Origin: Styela clava
Taxonomy: Eukaryota
Length of the DNA: 64,000 nt
Reading direction: 5' to 3'
Assembly: GCF_964204865.1 (NCBI RefSeq)
Contig: NC_135257.1
Coordinates: 7,378,001-7,442,000, forward strand
Below the pieces are notes generated by a model, which was not told the origin of the DNA, made no database searches, and saw only the letters and a program-made list of their open reading frames with translations. Made by a program: the position numbers and the translations under genes. Of the stretch, positions 1 to 12,999 are shown in pieces; the stretch's first letter is position 1, and every line of letters begins with the position of its first letter.

Positions 1-962
1 TTGTTGGGTCAGAAAAACGTCAAATTATAGAGTCCCATGGTGGCGAAGAATAATTTTAGCCGGAAAAGTCTGCGAACTCGGTTCTATTTTGTTTATTTGT
101 TGAAAGTAGTTGCATTAGATCGAATAAATTCTTTAGCAGACTGCCAGTACTCATATTTGGATTGGCAGGGTCACTTAAGAGGTAGGGTGGATTTTGAGTG
201 GGGGAGGGGGGAGGATTTTTTTCAATATAGTCTGTTGGGAATGTCAATGGCCCGTCGTCATCGAAACTTATAAATAATTATTTTTTGGGAATTAGTTCCC
301 TTTTACAACAAAGATCAAAAGCACACTCATCGCCATATTTATATTGGGTCTCTTAGAAGTTAAGCCCGGCGTAAAATTTCATCTTACCCCGTCAAATTAT
401 TTTTTTCATATGCGTATAAAATACGCCCAAGGTTATGCCAAGAAATTACAAAATAAATACTTCTAGAGGTAGTCCGTGTAAAGAAGATATAAAAATTGCG
501 GTTGAAAAAGCGCAAACTAAATTTTAAATTTCTAGTTTTCCTAAATCTGTTCAAGCTCTTTCGAAAATTGCCCTGTTATGTCCTTTATGGGGTAAGACGG
601 ACATACTTTTTAATATGCAAGAAAAGTGATCTGTTTAAAAAAAATTTAAGAGACATAATCCTGGGCCATCTAGGCGTTGACCGAAGTCTTATGACCGAAA
701 TATTAGACACCATCAAGTTAATTTTGGTGTGTGTCCGTCTTTCCCACAAAGTGTCTAACTTACCCCGATATTTTTTTAGCTGAAAATCGGGCGTAAATTC
801 CGATTCGTTGCTATGGCAACAATGTGCAAATGTGGCAAGATAGCTGGAGGGTGGGTGCATGAATCAATCGTAGAACGAATGCAGCTGCGACATTATTTGA
901 AGAGTTATTCAAAATAACTTATTAGTGGGTCCGACTTCCCCCGACCTACTATATAGTATGAC

Positions 963-1325
963 CTTGACTCTGTCAAGTAAAGATTCCGATTCTTTGCCTA
1001 CGAGACTGTCCATGCTGCCACTCACGTCAATTACAAGGACGTAACGTAAAGGTAGCCGGCGTTGAAGTTTTGTTTCAATAGCCGATAATTCCATCACGAC
1101 TTCAACGATCTAAAATGTTTAAATTCAAAAATTAATTACGTCTAACGTTATGTATCGTCAGCAACCAATGCACTATACTCCCAGTCTCAGGTACGAGGAC
1201 AAGATACATTTTACTTCAATGCTTACCTGCTTTTGAGTAACTTGACAAAAATATTTGGTTTGAAGTTGATCTTTGCTTTTGGTGGTCGAGACTGCCGTAG
1301 CACCAACTGCTTGTGTTTTCGACAT
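963..1325 (-). CDS. vWA-domain gene paralog A, first two coding exons only (1325-1227, 1109-963); remainder lies left of the window or is lost
   Basis: Spliced reading MSKTQAVGATAVSTTKSKDQLQTKYFCQVTQKQ|IVEVVMELSAIETKLQRRLPLRYVLVIDVSGSMDSLVGKESESLLDRVK, with MIDAS DxSxS and GT-AG boundaries. Nucleotides ~960-1530 closely match ~11150-11720 of paralog B, including upstream DNA. Confidence 0.75.
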
Positions 1326-4300
1326 TTTAATGTTAGCTTTTAATTTATCACACTCCAATAATTACGATCTACATTATGGAGAACAAAAAAAAACAGCCTT
1401 TTATCGATTCAATCATCTTAAAGTAATAAAAATGCAATGTCGATTTAGCCATTAGTTAAGAGAAAAGCCATTTTCTCCAAAACAACAATAAAAACCTCAG
1501 CGATAACAATTTGGCAAAACTATCCATCGCCCATTTCGTGCCCAAAAATGCATCATCATTAATGTTAGACCTACATGGACGAAAGTACTGAAGGGAAACA
1601 TTTTAACATGATGAGCAAAGCAATTCTGTTTTTGCCTTCTGAGGCCTTCTGCTTTTGCGTGGTCACTCTACAGTAATCACCAAATCTATACAACTCTTGC
1701 ATAGGAAATGACCAAGTGCGCAATTTGATACTAGGGAAATCTACAATTGCTATTTCCTGAATCCCCAGTGTGAAACTATTGCTTTGCAAAACTTAAATCT
1801 GCAAATCAATTTCTTAATGTACAGTACAGCAATGGATTTTTTCATCCATTTTACCCACTTTGAGTCATATATGCAAAATAATCACTAAACTGCCCTTTAC
1901 AGCTCTTTTGAGGAAGAAATTGTACGACTACTTAAAACATTGGATGTATTTCAATGGCTTCAGTATCATTCGACTAAGTAATTACCGATTATAGGCTTAA
2001 GTTACAAAGAAACGAAAGTGCTTGACAAAAGAACTAAGTATTTGTTTTCTTTGCCTGATTCGCAGACGCTGAGATATTTAGACAATAGAAAAGCTTTGTC
2101 GAGTAGGTACACAACAAATGCATCTGACATTTTACTGTACGCATTCTGTATCTAATTAAATTAATACCTGTAATTTAAATAAGTCAATAAGTGAATGCAG
2201 CTCTACTTCGCTTTTTATCGTTATCTATAAGTATCTGTCCTTTCCGCATTTGCTCTTTCTTCGTCCTTACTGGCGCCGCCCCCCCTCATTTATTACCTTC
2301 ACCGCCCGCCTGACTTCGTCAGCTCTTTGATCGACCCTTTCTTCTCTCGACCTGTTTTCCTTCACTCGAATGCATCCGTCGACCTCCTCATATATTCTAA
2401 TCGTTAGGTTCCAAACTAACCTGCACTCGCTGCTCTTTCTCCGTCCTCGCTGACTCATGGGGCCCTCTTCTAATATTCCTTCGACCGCCTACCCACCCTC
2501 TCCCTCCTCTCGACCCGCCTTTCTTGTCTTGAACGCTTTCCCATCGTCTGACACATTTGAAGCGAAATTAATTCTTTTGGTCCTCCTGGCTAGCTTTCAG
2601 CATACCTCTGTACCCGTCATTAAAATTTGGCCTTCCTTGCCGGATTCGAACCTCGTTATACGTGTTACGCATGTCTGTGCTTTCTTTGCGCCCCCGCTAC
2701 CGGTTGGACGAGTGGAATCGAAATCTTACTTAAGCAACATATTTTATCGACGTCATACTTTGCAATCCCTACCATGGATCGAACAATATTGCACAGACAT
2801 GCTGCGTTAGTTGGAAGCACATTCATCCATGAGTGGAACTGCTGAAGGGAAGCCGTTCTCACCTTGATCTACCATGCGCTTTGGCTTAACTACTGAATAC
2901 GAGCTTGCATTCAAAACCGTTGGATCTTTTGCAAATGATAATTTCACGTTTTCATGCAAGGATCAATCAAAAGATCACAATTCTTGGTTTAACAGAACTA
3001 ACCAAAATGCAGCTATATTTTGAAGAAGGCGTTGCTTTGTTCAGCCATGTGCTGCGGTTTTGAAATTGAGGTGTCACGATTGTGCAAGGTGATCCAAAAC
3101 AAGTCGATTGATGAACGAGGTTGGGTAAAATTTACAATTATTGTTAACCTTACTATTTTACTATGTGCATTTTTATAGATTCATTGAGACTATGGAAATT
3201 TTAATGTTTAATTGAGACGCAACAAATTGCTATAGCGGAATATTTGTCCGACAAATGTAAATGATTAATTTTATTCAAATTTCACGGGGTTCATAATTAT
3301 TGAAAAATCGAATTACTTAAACATTCCCTTTCGTTTGGATAGATTTTATAGACACTAATATACTTTTGAATTCTTATATTGCTTATTATAGTATCGTTAA
3401 TTTCACGCGCGTTACATAAATAAACTTGTCAATATATTCGTTAAATACAAGTATAAATAAACAAAAATATTCAAATTAAAGAGCTATTTTTTTCAACGCC
3501 CAAAGATGGCATAATCAAGATATATTTACATGAAAAGCCAACAAGGCTATAAATCGCGACAATGCGATACCTTTACGAGAAATAAAGTAATTAGGTGCGA
3601 TGTGCGATATTACCCTTTTTTGTATGTGATGACGTCATCAGATTTGAAAATATTGCATCTTGTGAAAAAATACTAAGATAACAATAACATAAGTACAAAA
3701 GAATTCATATGTACATTCGTGCTGTTCAAAAACCATGAAGAGTTAAGTAGCCAGTGAATGCCGCGAACTTGATCGCACAGCAACAAAAAAAAATTCTGTT
3801 ATTATCATCTGTCTCATTGGGTTATCGGCAAGATACCTAGAGGCGTTGCTATGAACATACGAAGAAGACTTACGGAAACACAGTTTGTATTGGTAACTAC
3901 ACAGAATTAAATATAGAACATCATTTAGCAGCATACAGCATCAACTTATAAACTCAAATGACTATAGCGCATGCTTTGCGCGCATTTTACAGTCCATTAC
4001 TTATAACGTCATACGCGCAAAGCATTATTATGTGAGTGTTGGGACATTAAATCATTCTATGACATCAAGACACATCATCCATATATTAACTTATCTCTTG
4101 AAACATTCTAGATCAGATCAAAGAGCGGAATACATCGCAAAAATACCGTTCTATTTGTAGTCGATGCCGATATCACAGAAATGGCCGATACCGACAAATC
4201 GGTACATTTCTAATATCGATTGCCGCTAACAGTGCATATTAAACGAGTGCACAAATTACTTCTTTGATATTTGAATCAATTGGGGATGAAAAATAAATGA

Positions 4301-4607
4301 AGCAAAAATATTAAAATAACATGAGTTGTACATGCACGAAAAAAAATAGTAAACATTTTTCTCATATGCATTCTAAGTATTTCTAGGTAGCTTCTTTTCT
4401 AACTTCTACTTCATTTTTTCGGGGACATATATATATACATGCGATTGAAATATTAGATCATGCTGTATATGCATTATGCTGAATGTATATTTCAGCAACT
4501 TCAGGTCTCGATAAAATCGAACATAAATAAACTGTCTTCCGGTATAACGCACAGTAATTTATTATCATTTAGTTAGATCATCTGTTTTATCAAACTTAAA
4601 GTAGAGA

Positions 4608-7600
4608 TTATGTACTCATCGGGACCTTTATCTTATCTTTATTTAATAAATATGGATCTAGATCTAATATTTTCTTGTCTTTAATGCATTGATATATGTA
4701 ATCCTCTCGAACAATTGGAATCTGAAAAAATGTAAATATTACTTGAAGTTTGGCAGCTAATTTTGTGTAACACAGACGCAATGCGGTTATACCTTGGCTA
4801 TTTTCGTGAGAACTTTGGCACAAGTCTATTATTTGCAATGAGATTCATTTTTCAGAGGTGTCAATATGGATTAGGAATCGATTATGACGATGTATATATA
4901 GTACCCTCAAAAAATACAAACTTTAGCCCTTTTAGAATCCCGCACCAATACTGTATTTTTCTTGAAATCTTTGTCAGAACACACTAAAAATGTATTGTTG
5001 AATACCGTGTTGACGTTAGGTACTGCAAATAAAAAAAATGTTTCAATGATTCAGACACAAATGACGATTCACACACAACGGTTATACCGAAAAAATCGAA
5101 AGTACGTAAATTTACGTTCTGATTGCCACGGGTGGAAAGTTAATTTATGCAAATGTTTCCTACACCGGGTCATAAAGTAGCATGTTGAGAACTCAATTCG
5201 ATGCTAGTTTTTCCTAAACATGTTTTTGAAACAACGCTCACATGGGACATTCTAGAAATCATAACATTCCAGCTAAAACTGGGGAATATTTCGGTATACA
5301 AAATTTAAACGCTACCTGGTCTTCCCCCGCATTTGATGATTAAATCAGACATCGTTTCTCGTTTTGCGCCAACTTTCTTATCACGTAAAGCTTCAGACAC
5401 AAGAATGTTTTGAGCTTTGAAAACACTACAATAAAGCAATCTTACTTTATTTGATGATTACGTTGCTTAGTTCGTTTAATGGGTGAATAATGTAAATATG
5501 CGAATCGCATTTTGTTTATTATTGTATACAAAATCCGTATGATACCCATGCATCAAATCAAAATTCTTTTGAGCCGTTTGCTGAGACTTTTTCATCTTTC
5601 TTAACAAGGTTACAACCAACTATCAATACGCGATTTACAAGGGAACCATTTCACATTAAATATTATTTTATATAGGCCCCTACACTGGAATGAAAAACAA
5701 CTGTGGAATAGGCTAACAAAAAATCGTTCCTTATTTAATTGAGTTAATAATGCCTTAATGAATGAAGGCCAATGACTAACTGACAAATTAGTTTCATTGC
5801 GGTATGCTGCTAGCCAACTTATTTACCTTGTAGTTTGGAACGTTTTCATCTTGGTACGTTTCACGATCTGCATGTATGTAACAAGTGTTAATTTGTTTAT
5901 TTATTCAAATACTGAATTCATTGAATGTTTCTCAAAATAATTTATATGGAATAACTCTGAAAAATAAAACGGATCATGTCGTGAAATAGTTATCCTGAAA
6001 TGTTTCAACATATAGCGTTCAATTACCGACCTACCTTTTCATATTGTCTGAGCTTCTTTTCAATTTCAGGATGCAAATATGGCTGTTTCATTTTCGGATC
6101 GAAAACTCCTTTGGCTGTTGGCATTTCTGTAGCTATGGAGGATTGCATTGCAAAAAGTCTACCAAGACCATTTTCTCTATAAGCAGAATTAACAAACTAT
6201 TTTGTGTTGGAAATTTTTTAATTTTCTCGATGTCCAAGATATCCAATGTATAGAAATCGATATAGAGATATTTAGCCAAGTTTTGTATTGATACCTCGTT
6301 ACTTCAAAAGATAGCACTCGTTTACGATTGAGTTTAAAAAGTGATTTCAAATAACGACTCAGTGACTTGAGTAATGATGCTGTTTGATATCAGATATACA
6401 GCTATCTGTTTTAAATCAAAATTGATCCACTCGACTCAAATAATTCTGGTGAACCATTTATATTGCTTTTTCAGACATTTACTACTAAAACCTAAGATCT
6501 TACAATTCTTATGAACGTACGTTTTAATAGTTTTTCCAAAATTAAGTTTCTCTATCCAACCATCAGCACCATCGTTGAGTTGTTTTGCATATTTACTGCG
6601 ATCACCTAGTATAACCGTGTATTGTTTTTTAATTTCATTGATTTCTAAAATTGCATCTTGAATTGCTTTCCCATGACCTTTCATATCTCCATTGCTACAT
6701 GAAAATATAGTTAAATTTTTGAACTCTTATTCTTTATATATAAATTTGATTCAGGTTAAAATCAGCACAAAATGCTGTAGTATATAATACTATATAAACA
6801 GCCGTCAGCCGATCGAATAGGGTAGAAGAGTAGAATATTCAACACAACTTTCGTTATCTAAGATCGAGATCGATTACATACACCCACTTCTTTTTGTGTT
6901 TACGAGATGTTGTGTACACAAGTATTGCAAAATTGCTGCAAGCTCAACTCACATAATATAATATTCAGCATTATTCAATCCGATCATGCACAAATTTCTG
7001 TATTTTTCTTCAGCAATACAAACGAGAGAAGTCTGAGCTTCTATCCAATTGACGTTGACTGTTTTTTGAAAAATTGTGAACGACGATATTTCATTCATGA
7101 CAGCATCGGCTTCGTAACCTGAAATTTTCCACAATTGATATTTTACAATATTTCTTTCCAATATCGGCAATACTAATATTTTTCATGTGGAATTATCGAA
7201 ATGAAACTATATAGTTGACTATATGGTTGGTTAAGCACTCCGTTTTGAAGCCTACTGCAATAGCACAATCATCATGAAACTATAATATTGTCACGGAATT
7301 TTGAAATTAGTCTGCTGACCGTTAGCACTAGTTCAGACTGTTCTTTCCGTGGTTTCTTGTCTTGTATGTTTCATCAGTATTATATTACTACCTTTTCTTT
7401 CTCCCGATTTTTCGTTTTTGCATTCGCTCAAAGTTTTGGTGCATAGTATCACAAAATCATCCACATTCTGTTTATTCATCTTGTCGTCAAGATAACTGAC
7501 TTTTATATCGACAATATGCTGGTCATCCAACTCCTGTGTAGAAAAACAGATAGATAGTCATTAAATAAGTATTACATTATCACGAATTGTTTACTCTTAA

Positions 7601-10600
7601 ACGATGAAAACATTTAGTCTTTTAGACCAAACAACATACTTCCAATTCATCCTGAGGTAACACGAGTGTAAATGGAATATGCTTCTTGGTATCTTCTGGC
7701 ATTGCATGTATGAAGTACTTCAGCATCTTTCCGGAGGATTCCTGTAAATACAGGGTGTCTCAAAAGTAAGTATACACATTTAATTTTGATTTGCTTTTCA
7801 GGTACTTATCATAGAGCGTTAATTTCTTCAGAAAACATAGTATGGATAAATGGTAAAATTTAGGATATGTTTGCATTTTCCGACAACCCACAGAATGACA
7901 AGGAGATTAACTGACCCAAGAAATAAAGTGCAGAATTGCTGTTTGGCAAAAAGCATATCAATCAGTAAAGTAAACTCAGCCTCTCTTTAATAGAGAATTT
8001 GGAATTCATTCTGTTGTGAATGTTTTGCTCAGAGCGTCCGCTCCTTGGTGTTTCTGATCGTTGTGCATCAACTACAGATCCTTTTTTCATAAATTTACGA
8101 TAAATTACATAAATTGTTCGTCGTGTAGAAGCCGAATTAATTCCAAATTGTCAAACAGCAATTTTGCATCTCATTTCTTGGGTTGATGAAAAATGCAAAC
8201 AATACCTAAATTTTACTACTTATCCGTACTATGTTTCCTAAAGAAAAGAACGCTTTATGAAGAGTACATGAAAAGCAAATCAAAATTAAAAGTGTATACT
8301 TACTTTTGTAAGTACATCTTGTATATATATATATATATTTATATTATTTAATAATAACTTTGTTTATAATGTATTGTACAAACACTAAATAATGTTAATG
8401 AATCAATTCTGTGTTTCAGATCTTACCAATTAATCAAATTAATGTGATTTCACAAAAATTTTAAGATGTTACTCCAGTCAAACTCAGAAACATAATAGCT
8501 GGACAATGAATTAGCACATGCTAAACAAAATGAAAACAAGATTTCACTTGAATGAACGATCTACTTGATTTATTTTCTGATGACTACACTAATTTTCATA
8601 TCACTTTCGTAGTTTAAGCAAAACATTGTTTAAATATGCACTCATCATATAGACATGCATTTATGATGCAGTAAAATGGGGTAAGCCCCAGATGAGTCAC
8701 AAAACGCCATTTTTTCTCAATTTAACGAAATATTTTTGTCCTTGTAATTGGTCATATGTGACTGATGTTGAATCGTAGTCCTAAAAACTTCAAAACTGTT
8801 GTGATCATGAAAATAACCCTATCACAATTACCAGTAAATGTTTTCCATGAATGTGATTTTCATCGAAAACAATTCCTTTCAAGCAGTTCATGTCGATACT
8901 GACATCGGTAACTCGAGTTGTTTCCCTGGAAACATTGTACAAAGTTTGTGTTCTATGTTTCATTGTCGTCGGTAATAAACAAATATACCGTTTCCAAAAA
9001 CAAATAAAAGTCTACGCGTCTATGGTTACGAGTTCGTGATACTTGTTTATGCAAATCAGACATGAGAGACTATAATATTTATAACCATAACTTTTGGGTT
9101 TTTCAATATAACAACGTAGTTCCTTCAAACCTCGGCTCCGCTTCCAGTGGTTGAAAATGGTAGCTGAAAGTTCATTACTCATTTCAAAAAAATCTGTGCG
9201 CTCCATAAAATTCCTTTTTCCCTACGACGTTTTGTGTGATTACGCCTTAAAATTTGCGCACTGTACCGTGATTTCGTGATCAAATCTCAGTGATATGGTG
9301 GTCAGACTACGGGTACTGTAAAAGACTGATACTTTGTGTTGGCCTCCGTGTCCATATATTTGAGCATCCCCCCTTTTTATTATGTCATTTTTTCGCACAC
9401 TCATACTTTGTGTCGAGAAGCGAATGATTGATTGATAGACCAATATAGCGCCTTTTCATATATTTTCAAATTCGCATTATTTAGTAAATATTATTGACAT
9501 GATTGCGTAAAAGTGCTTTCATACATTATTTATATATACCTAAGAAATACAGGTATTAGCATGTCAGCCTCAAATTCCTCTTCTTCGTTCAACCAATAAA
9601 ACGCATCACTTCCGAGATGTCCTGCAATCTAAAATATAAAAAACAATTCCGTCAGAAACAAAATACTAGTAATTCAAATTAAAATAAATATTTCAAAAAC
9701 ATGAACTCAGATTCTAAAATATATTGTAATGCAAAATTAAACCAATTTACACCAATATGCTAGGGTAAAAACAAACGTTTATGTTGCTATATAGCCAGTG
9801 GCGTATCTACGTAAAATTGCGTACATGGCAAAGTTTAAAAATGCGCACCATTGGTCGTTGACTGATAATTTCAACGATTATAAAAAATTTTTATTGAAAT
9901 ATTTTACGTTGGAAACATTTCGCCCTTTTTGCGCCCCTACCCAAACCACAGTACAAAACCTCAGATACACCACTGTCCATAACTCTCGAATCCAACAACT
10001 CGAAAGAAAATGCAAATCAAGTGGAGGTATTTTGTTGAATGTTTATAGCTGACTATTGATTGAAACAATTGATGTAGCTTCGGCCATATTCTGTCAATGA
10101 ATGATTTATGTTATAGCGATGGACCTTAGCAATTTGTTTGGTTAAATGCACTATTATTAAACTTTTAGCACTCTCAGTTCACATTAATTTTTTTTGTACT
10201 GTATCAGTTTACCTCGTTCAGAAACACTGGTGCGTATTGACCGATTGTAAATGCGGAAATCGGTACACAGCTAGTTTTATTCATTGACTCCTGATAATTT
10301 TTGTATTTGATGACAAGTTGCTCCGGATCGGTTTCACCCGAATTGGCCATTCCATCCGTGAATACAATCATCAAATCTTGATCATGCTTTTCAGAATCTC
10401 TAGATAATGAGGAACGTTACAAAAACGTAACAAAATGAAAGAACTGTGAATTTGTTTTATGGAAGCTTACTGTTTAAGCACATGTAATCCTGCCATCAAT
10501 CCAATTTCGAGATTAGTGCCACCTCTTGTATGGAGACTTCTAATAACGTCTTTTGCTTTAGTCTGAAAATATATATATACAGATATATATACGTACAAAC

Positions 10601-11512
10601 ATAGATGATATGGTTCAATAATATTTCATTTTTTTTTCGAATAATGGTCGTAGCATTTGTTGAAAACACTGTGCGAAATCCACCAGAAACCCGAACAATA
10701 CCTTGTACCCAAGCCTGGATTTGGTTTAATTTTGCCAAGTTTATGAGAACACAATCTTTTTCATATGTGCTTTTACGCAAGCCCAAGCTCGCCTGGAAAG
10801 CAAAAAGTTGTCATACTTGGGTACATACCCGGCCTTTACACAAGACCAGGCGAAGGAATCAAACTTTGTGTAAACATAATATCGCAATATATAAAATGTA
10901 TATATATACATAGTGGAGCGATTCAGTTATTTTAGAATACTACGATTATTACTAACCTTAGCGGCATTGTTCATCACAGTCATCTTCATATCTGTATTGA
11001 CATCACGAGAAAACGTAACTATGGCGAGTGAATCTGCATTTGCGATGTTTTGTACGACCAGTTCCGCGAATATCTAAATAAAAATAAAATTTTCCCTAGG
11101 CAGGTGGCTGTTATTCATAACGTTGCCACTTTTTAGCAGTATAATATTACCTTCACCCTGTCGAGTAAAGATTCTGATTCTTTGCCTATGTGACTGTCCA
11201 TACTTCTACTCACGTCAATTACAAGGACGTAACGTAAAGGTAATCGGCGTTGAAGGTTTGTTTCAATGGCTGATAGTTCCATCGCGACTTCAACGATCTA
11301 TAATGTTCAAATTCAGAAATAATTACTTCTAAAGTTTTGTATTGTCAGCAATCAATGCAATGTACTACTAGCCTTGGATACAAGGACAAGGAATATTTTG
11401 CTTCAATGCCTACCTGCTTTTGAGTAACTTGACAAAAATATTTTGTTTGAAGTTGATCTTTGCCTTCGGTGGTCGAGACTGCCGTAGCACCAACTGCTTG
11501 TCTTTTGGACAT
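4608..11512 (-). CDS. vWA + Vwaint-like middle + C-terminal BRCT protein, paralog B (~16 exons, ~640 aa)
   Basis: Exons at approx. 11512-11414, 11297-11151, 11073-10957, 10563-10472, 10400-10213, 9628-9540, 8926-8833, 7741-7640, 7534-7393, 7118-6953, 6697-6521, 6177-6035, 5867-5827, 5428-5316, 5022-4922, 4721-4608. Motifs: VLVIDVSRSM, LAIVTFS, GGTNLEIGL, MIVFTDG, ISAFTIG (vWA). C-terminus: SVFKAQNILVSEAL..RETMSDLIIKCGGRP|VPNV..TFLVCSDKDFKKNTVLVRDSKRAK|IPIVREDYIYQCIKDKKILDLDPYLL (BRCT pattern). Confidence 0.8.
7751..8321 (-). mobile_element. Tc1/mariner deletion derivative in an intron of paralog B
   Basis: Imperfect TIRs CAGGGTGTCTCAAAAGTAAGTATACAC / GTGTATACTTACTTTTGTAAGTACATCTTG flanked by TA. 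Internal minus-strand remnant STRRTIYVIYRKFMKKGSVVDAQRSETPRSGRSEQNI resembles a mariner-type N-terminal HTH region (GRPR-like motif). Confidence 0.75.
9796..9975. mobile_element. short hAT-like MITE
   Basis: Ends CAGTGGCGTATCT / AGATACACCACTG are inverted repeats; the TSD is degenerate. Confidence 0.5.
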
Positions 11513-12999
11513 TTTATTGTTAACATTTAATTTATCACACTCCAATAATTACAATCTACATTATTAAAAAAATATATTAAAAATAACAGCCTTCTATCGG
11601 TTCAATAATCTTTAAGTACTAAAAATGTGATATCGATTGTGTCATTAGTTGCGAGAAAGCCGATTTTCCAACAACAACAGCAATAACCTCAGCGATAAAA
11701 ATTAAGCAAAACGATCCATGCGAACCAAATGAATCCACAAGTTTTGGATGCGGCACTGGAAATGAGTTCTGAACTAAATATCCTACATGTCACAAGTACA
11801 ACGTGATATGGTTTAATATTTTTCCGAATCGACTAAACTTAAAGGGAAACCTTTTTAATATTGTGAGCAAAATACTCTTTCCGCCTTTGTTCTCTTAAAT
11901 TGTTATTTGTTGATCTACTCGACTGGGAGTTGCTTCTTTCTTTCATAACGTATAGTTTCAAGTTTGTAAACAACAACCATTCAATGTCAACGAGTTTCCA
12001 TGAATGTACTTATTTCCTATCTCCGATCTAACAAATCTACTTATTTGTTATCTCCGACTATTTGTCCTCGTGCTGCTGACTTGTAATATTTCAAGTGTTG
12101 TGTCACGGCGACATCTTCTCCAAAACAATACACAACTATGTAGCTTGTCATTGGTTGCTTACGACTTTTATGTCAGAAACCGTCCTAACTTCAATCCAGA
12201 ACCAATAATTTTTGCATATTTATTTGCATTGAACACCAATTTTCAATTTTGATTTGTTGAGACGAATCCCAATGAAACATATCAGAGGCGGGGAACCCCC
12301 GTGCAATATTTGTATGTTTTGCTGTATGTACGAATAATTCTAAAAACTGTGAATGTATATACAAACGAAAGCCTAAAATTTGTAAAAAAAAATCTTTAAA
12401 ATGTAGAATGTCTAATAATAGTGATAAACTCAATAAGTATATGATTATATTAAAACAATGTAAATATAATAATATAGGGAACCACTGTACTGGCGGAATT
12501 TTAGGCCTATGGTGCCACGGAATCCCGCGTGAAAACAACTCCTATACACATACAGTATATTGAAATGTATTTTATTTAGGAGTTTAACAAGGAAAGTTTC
12601 CGAGCAACGCTCTTCGTCCTAATATTTTAAAAGGCATATTAATAATGCTACGTCATTCAAGCTGTCACAATTCGATGACAATATATTATGGTATACTGTA
12701 AATAGTATCGGTCAAAAAACGAGCAAAATCTTTACAGCTGAACATTAAATAACACTGAAATAAATACATGATAAATTGATAAGACTGAAAAATTTAGAAT
12801 GCCGAATTCGTAAGAAAAGAATATACAAGGTCGAATGCATAGGATTGAAGAAACGGCGATCGAGGAACCCATGTGCACCCATCTAATTCTACGATAATCC
12901 AGTCATGATATAGTATCCAGTATATGGTAATTTTATCAATTGTTTGAGCGGAAAATGGGTCTCGCATTATGAAGATCCTTCTTCCAGGCATTCATGATA

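Noticed and set aside
4743-4838. N-terminal part of ORF 4608..4838 as coding
   Set aside because: The true acceptor is at ~4722 (TTTCAG|ATTCCA); upstream is intron, as comparison with paralog C shows.
4960-5000. Suspected frameshift in the BRCT middle exon of paralog B
   Set aside because: On careful reading the frame is open (TFLVCSDKDFKKN), so there is no evidence that B is a pseudogene.
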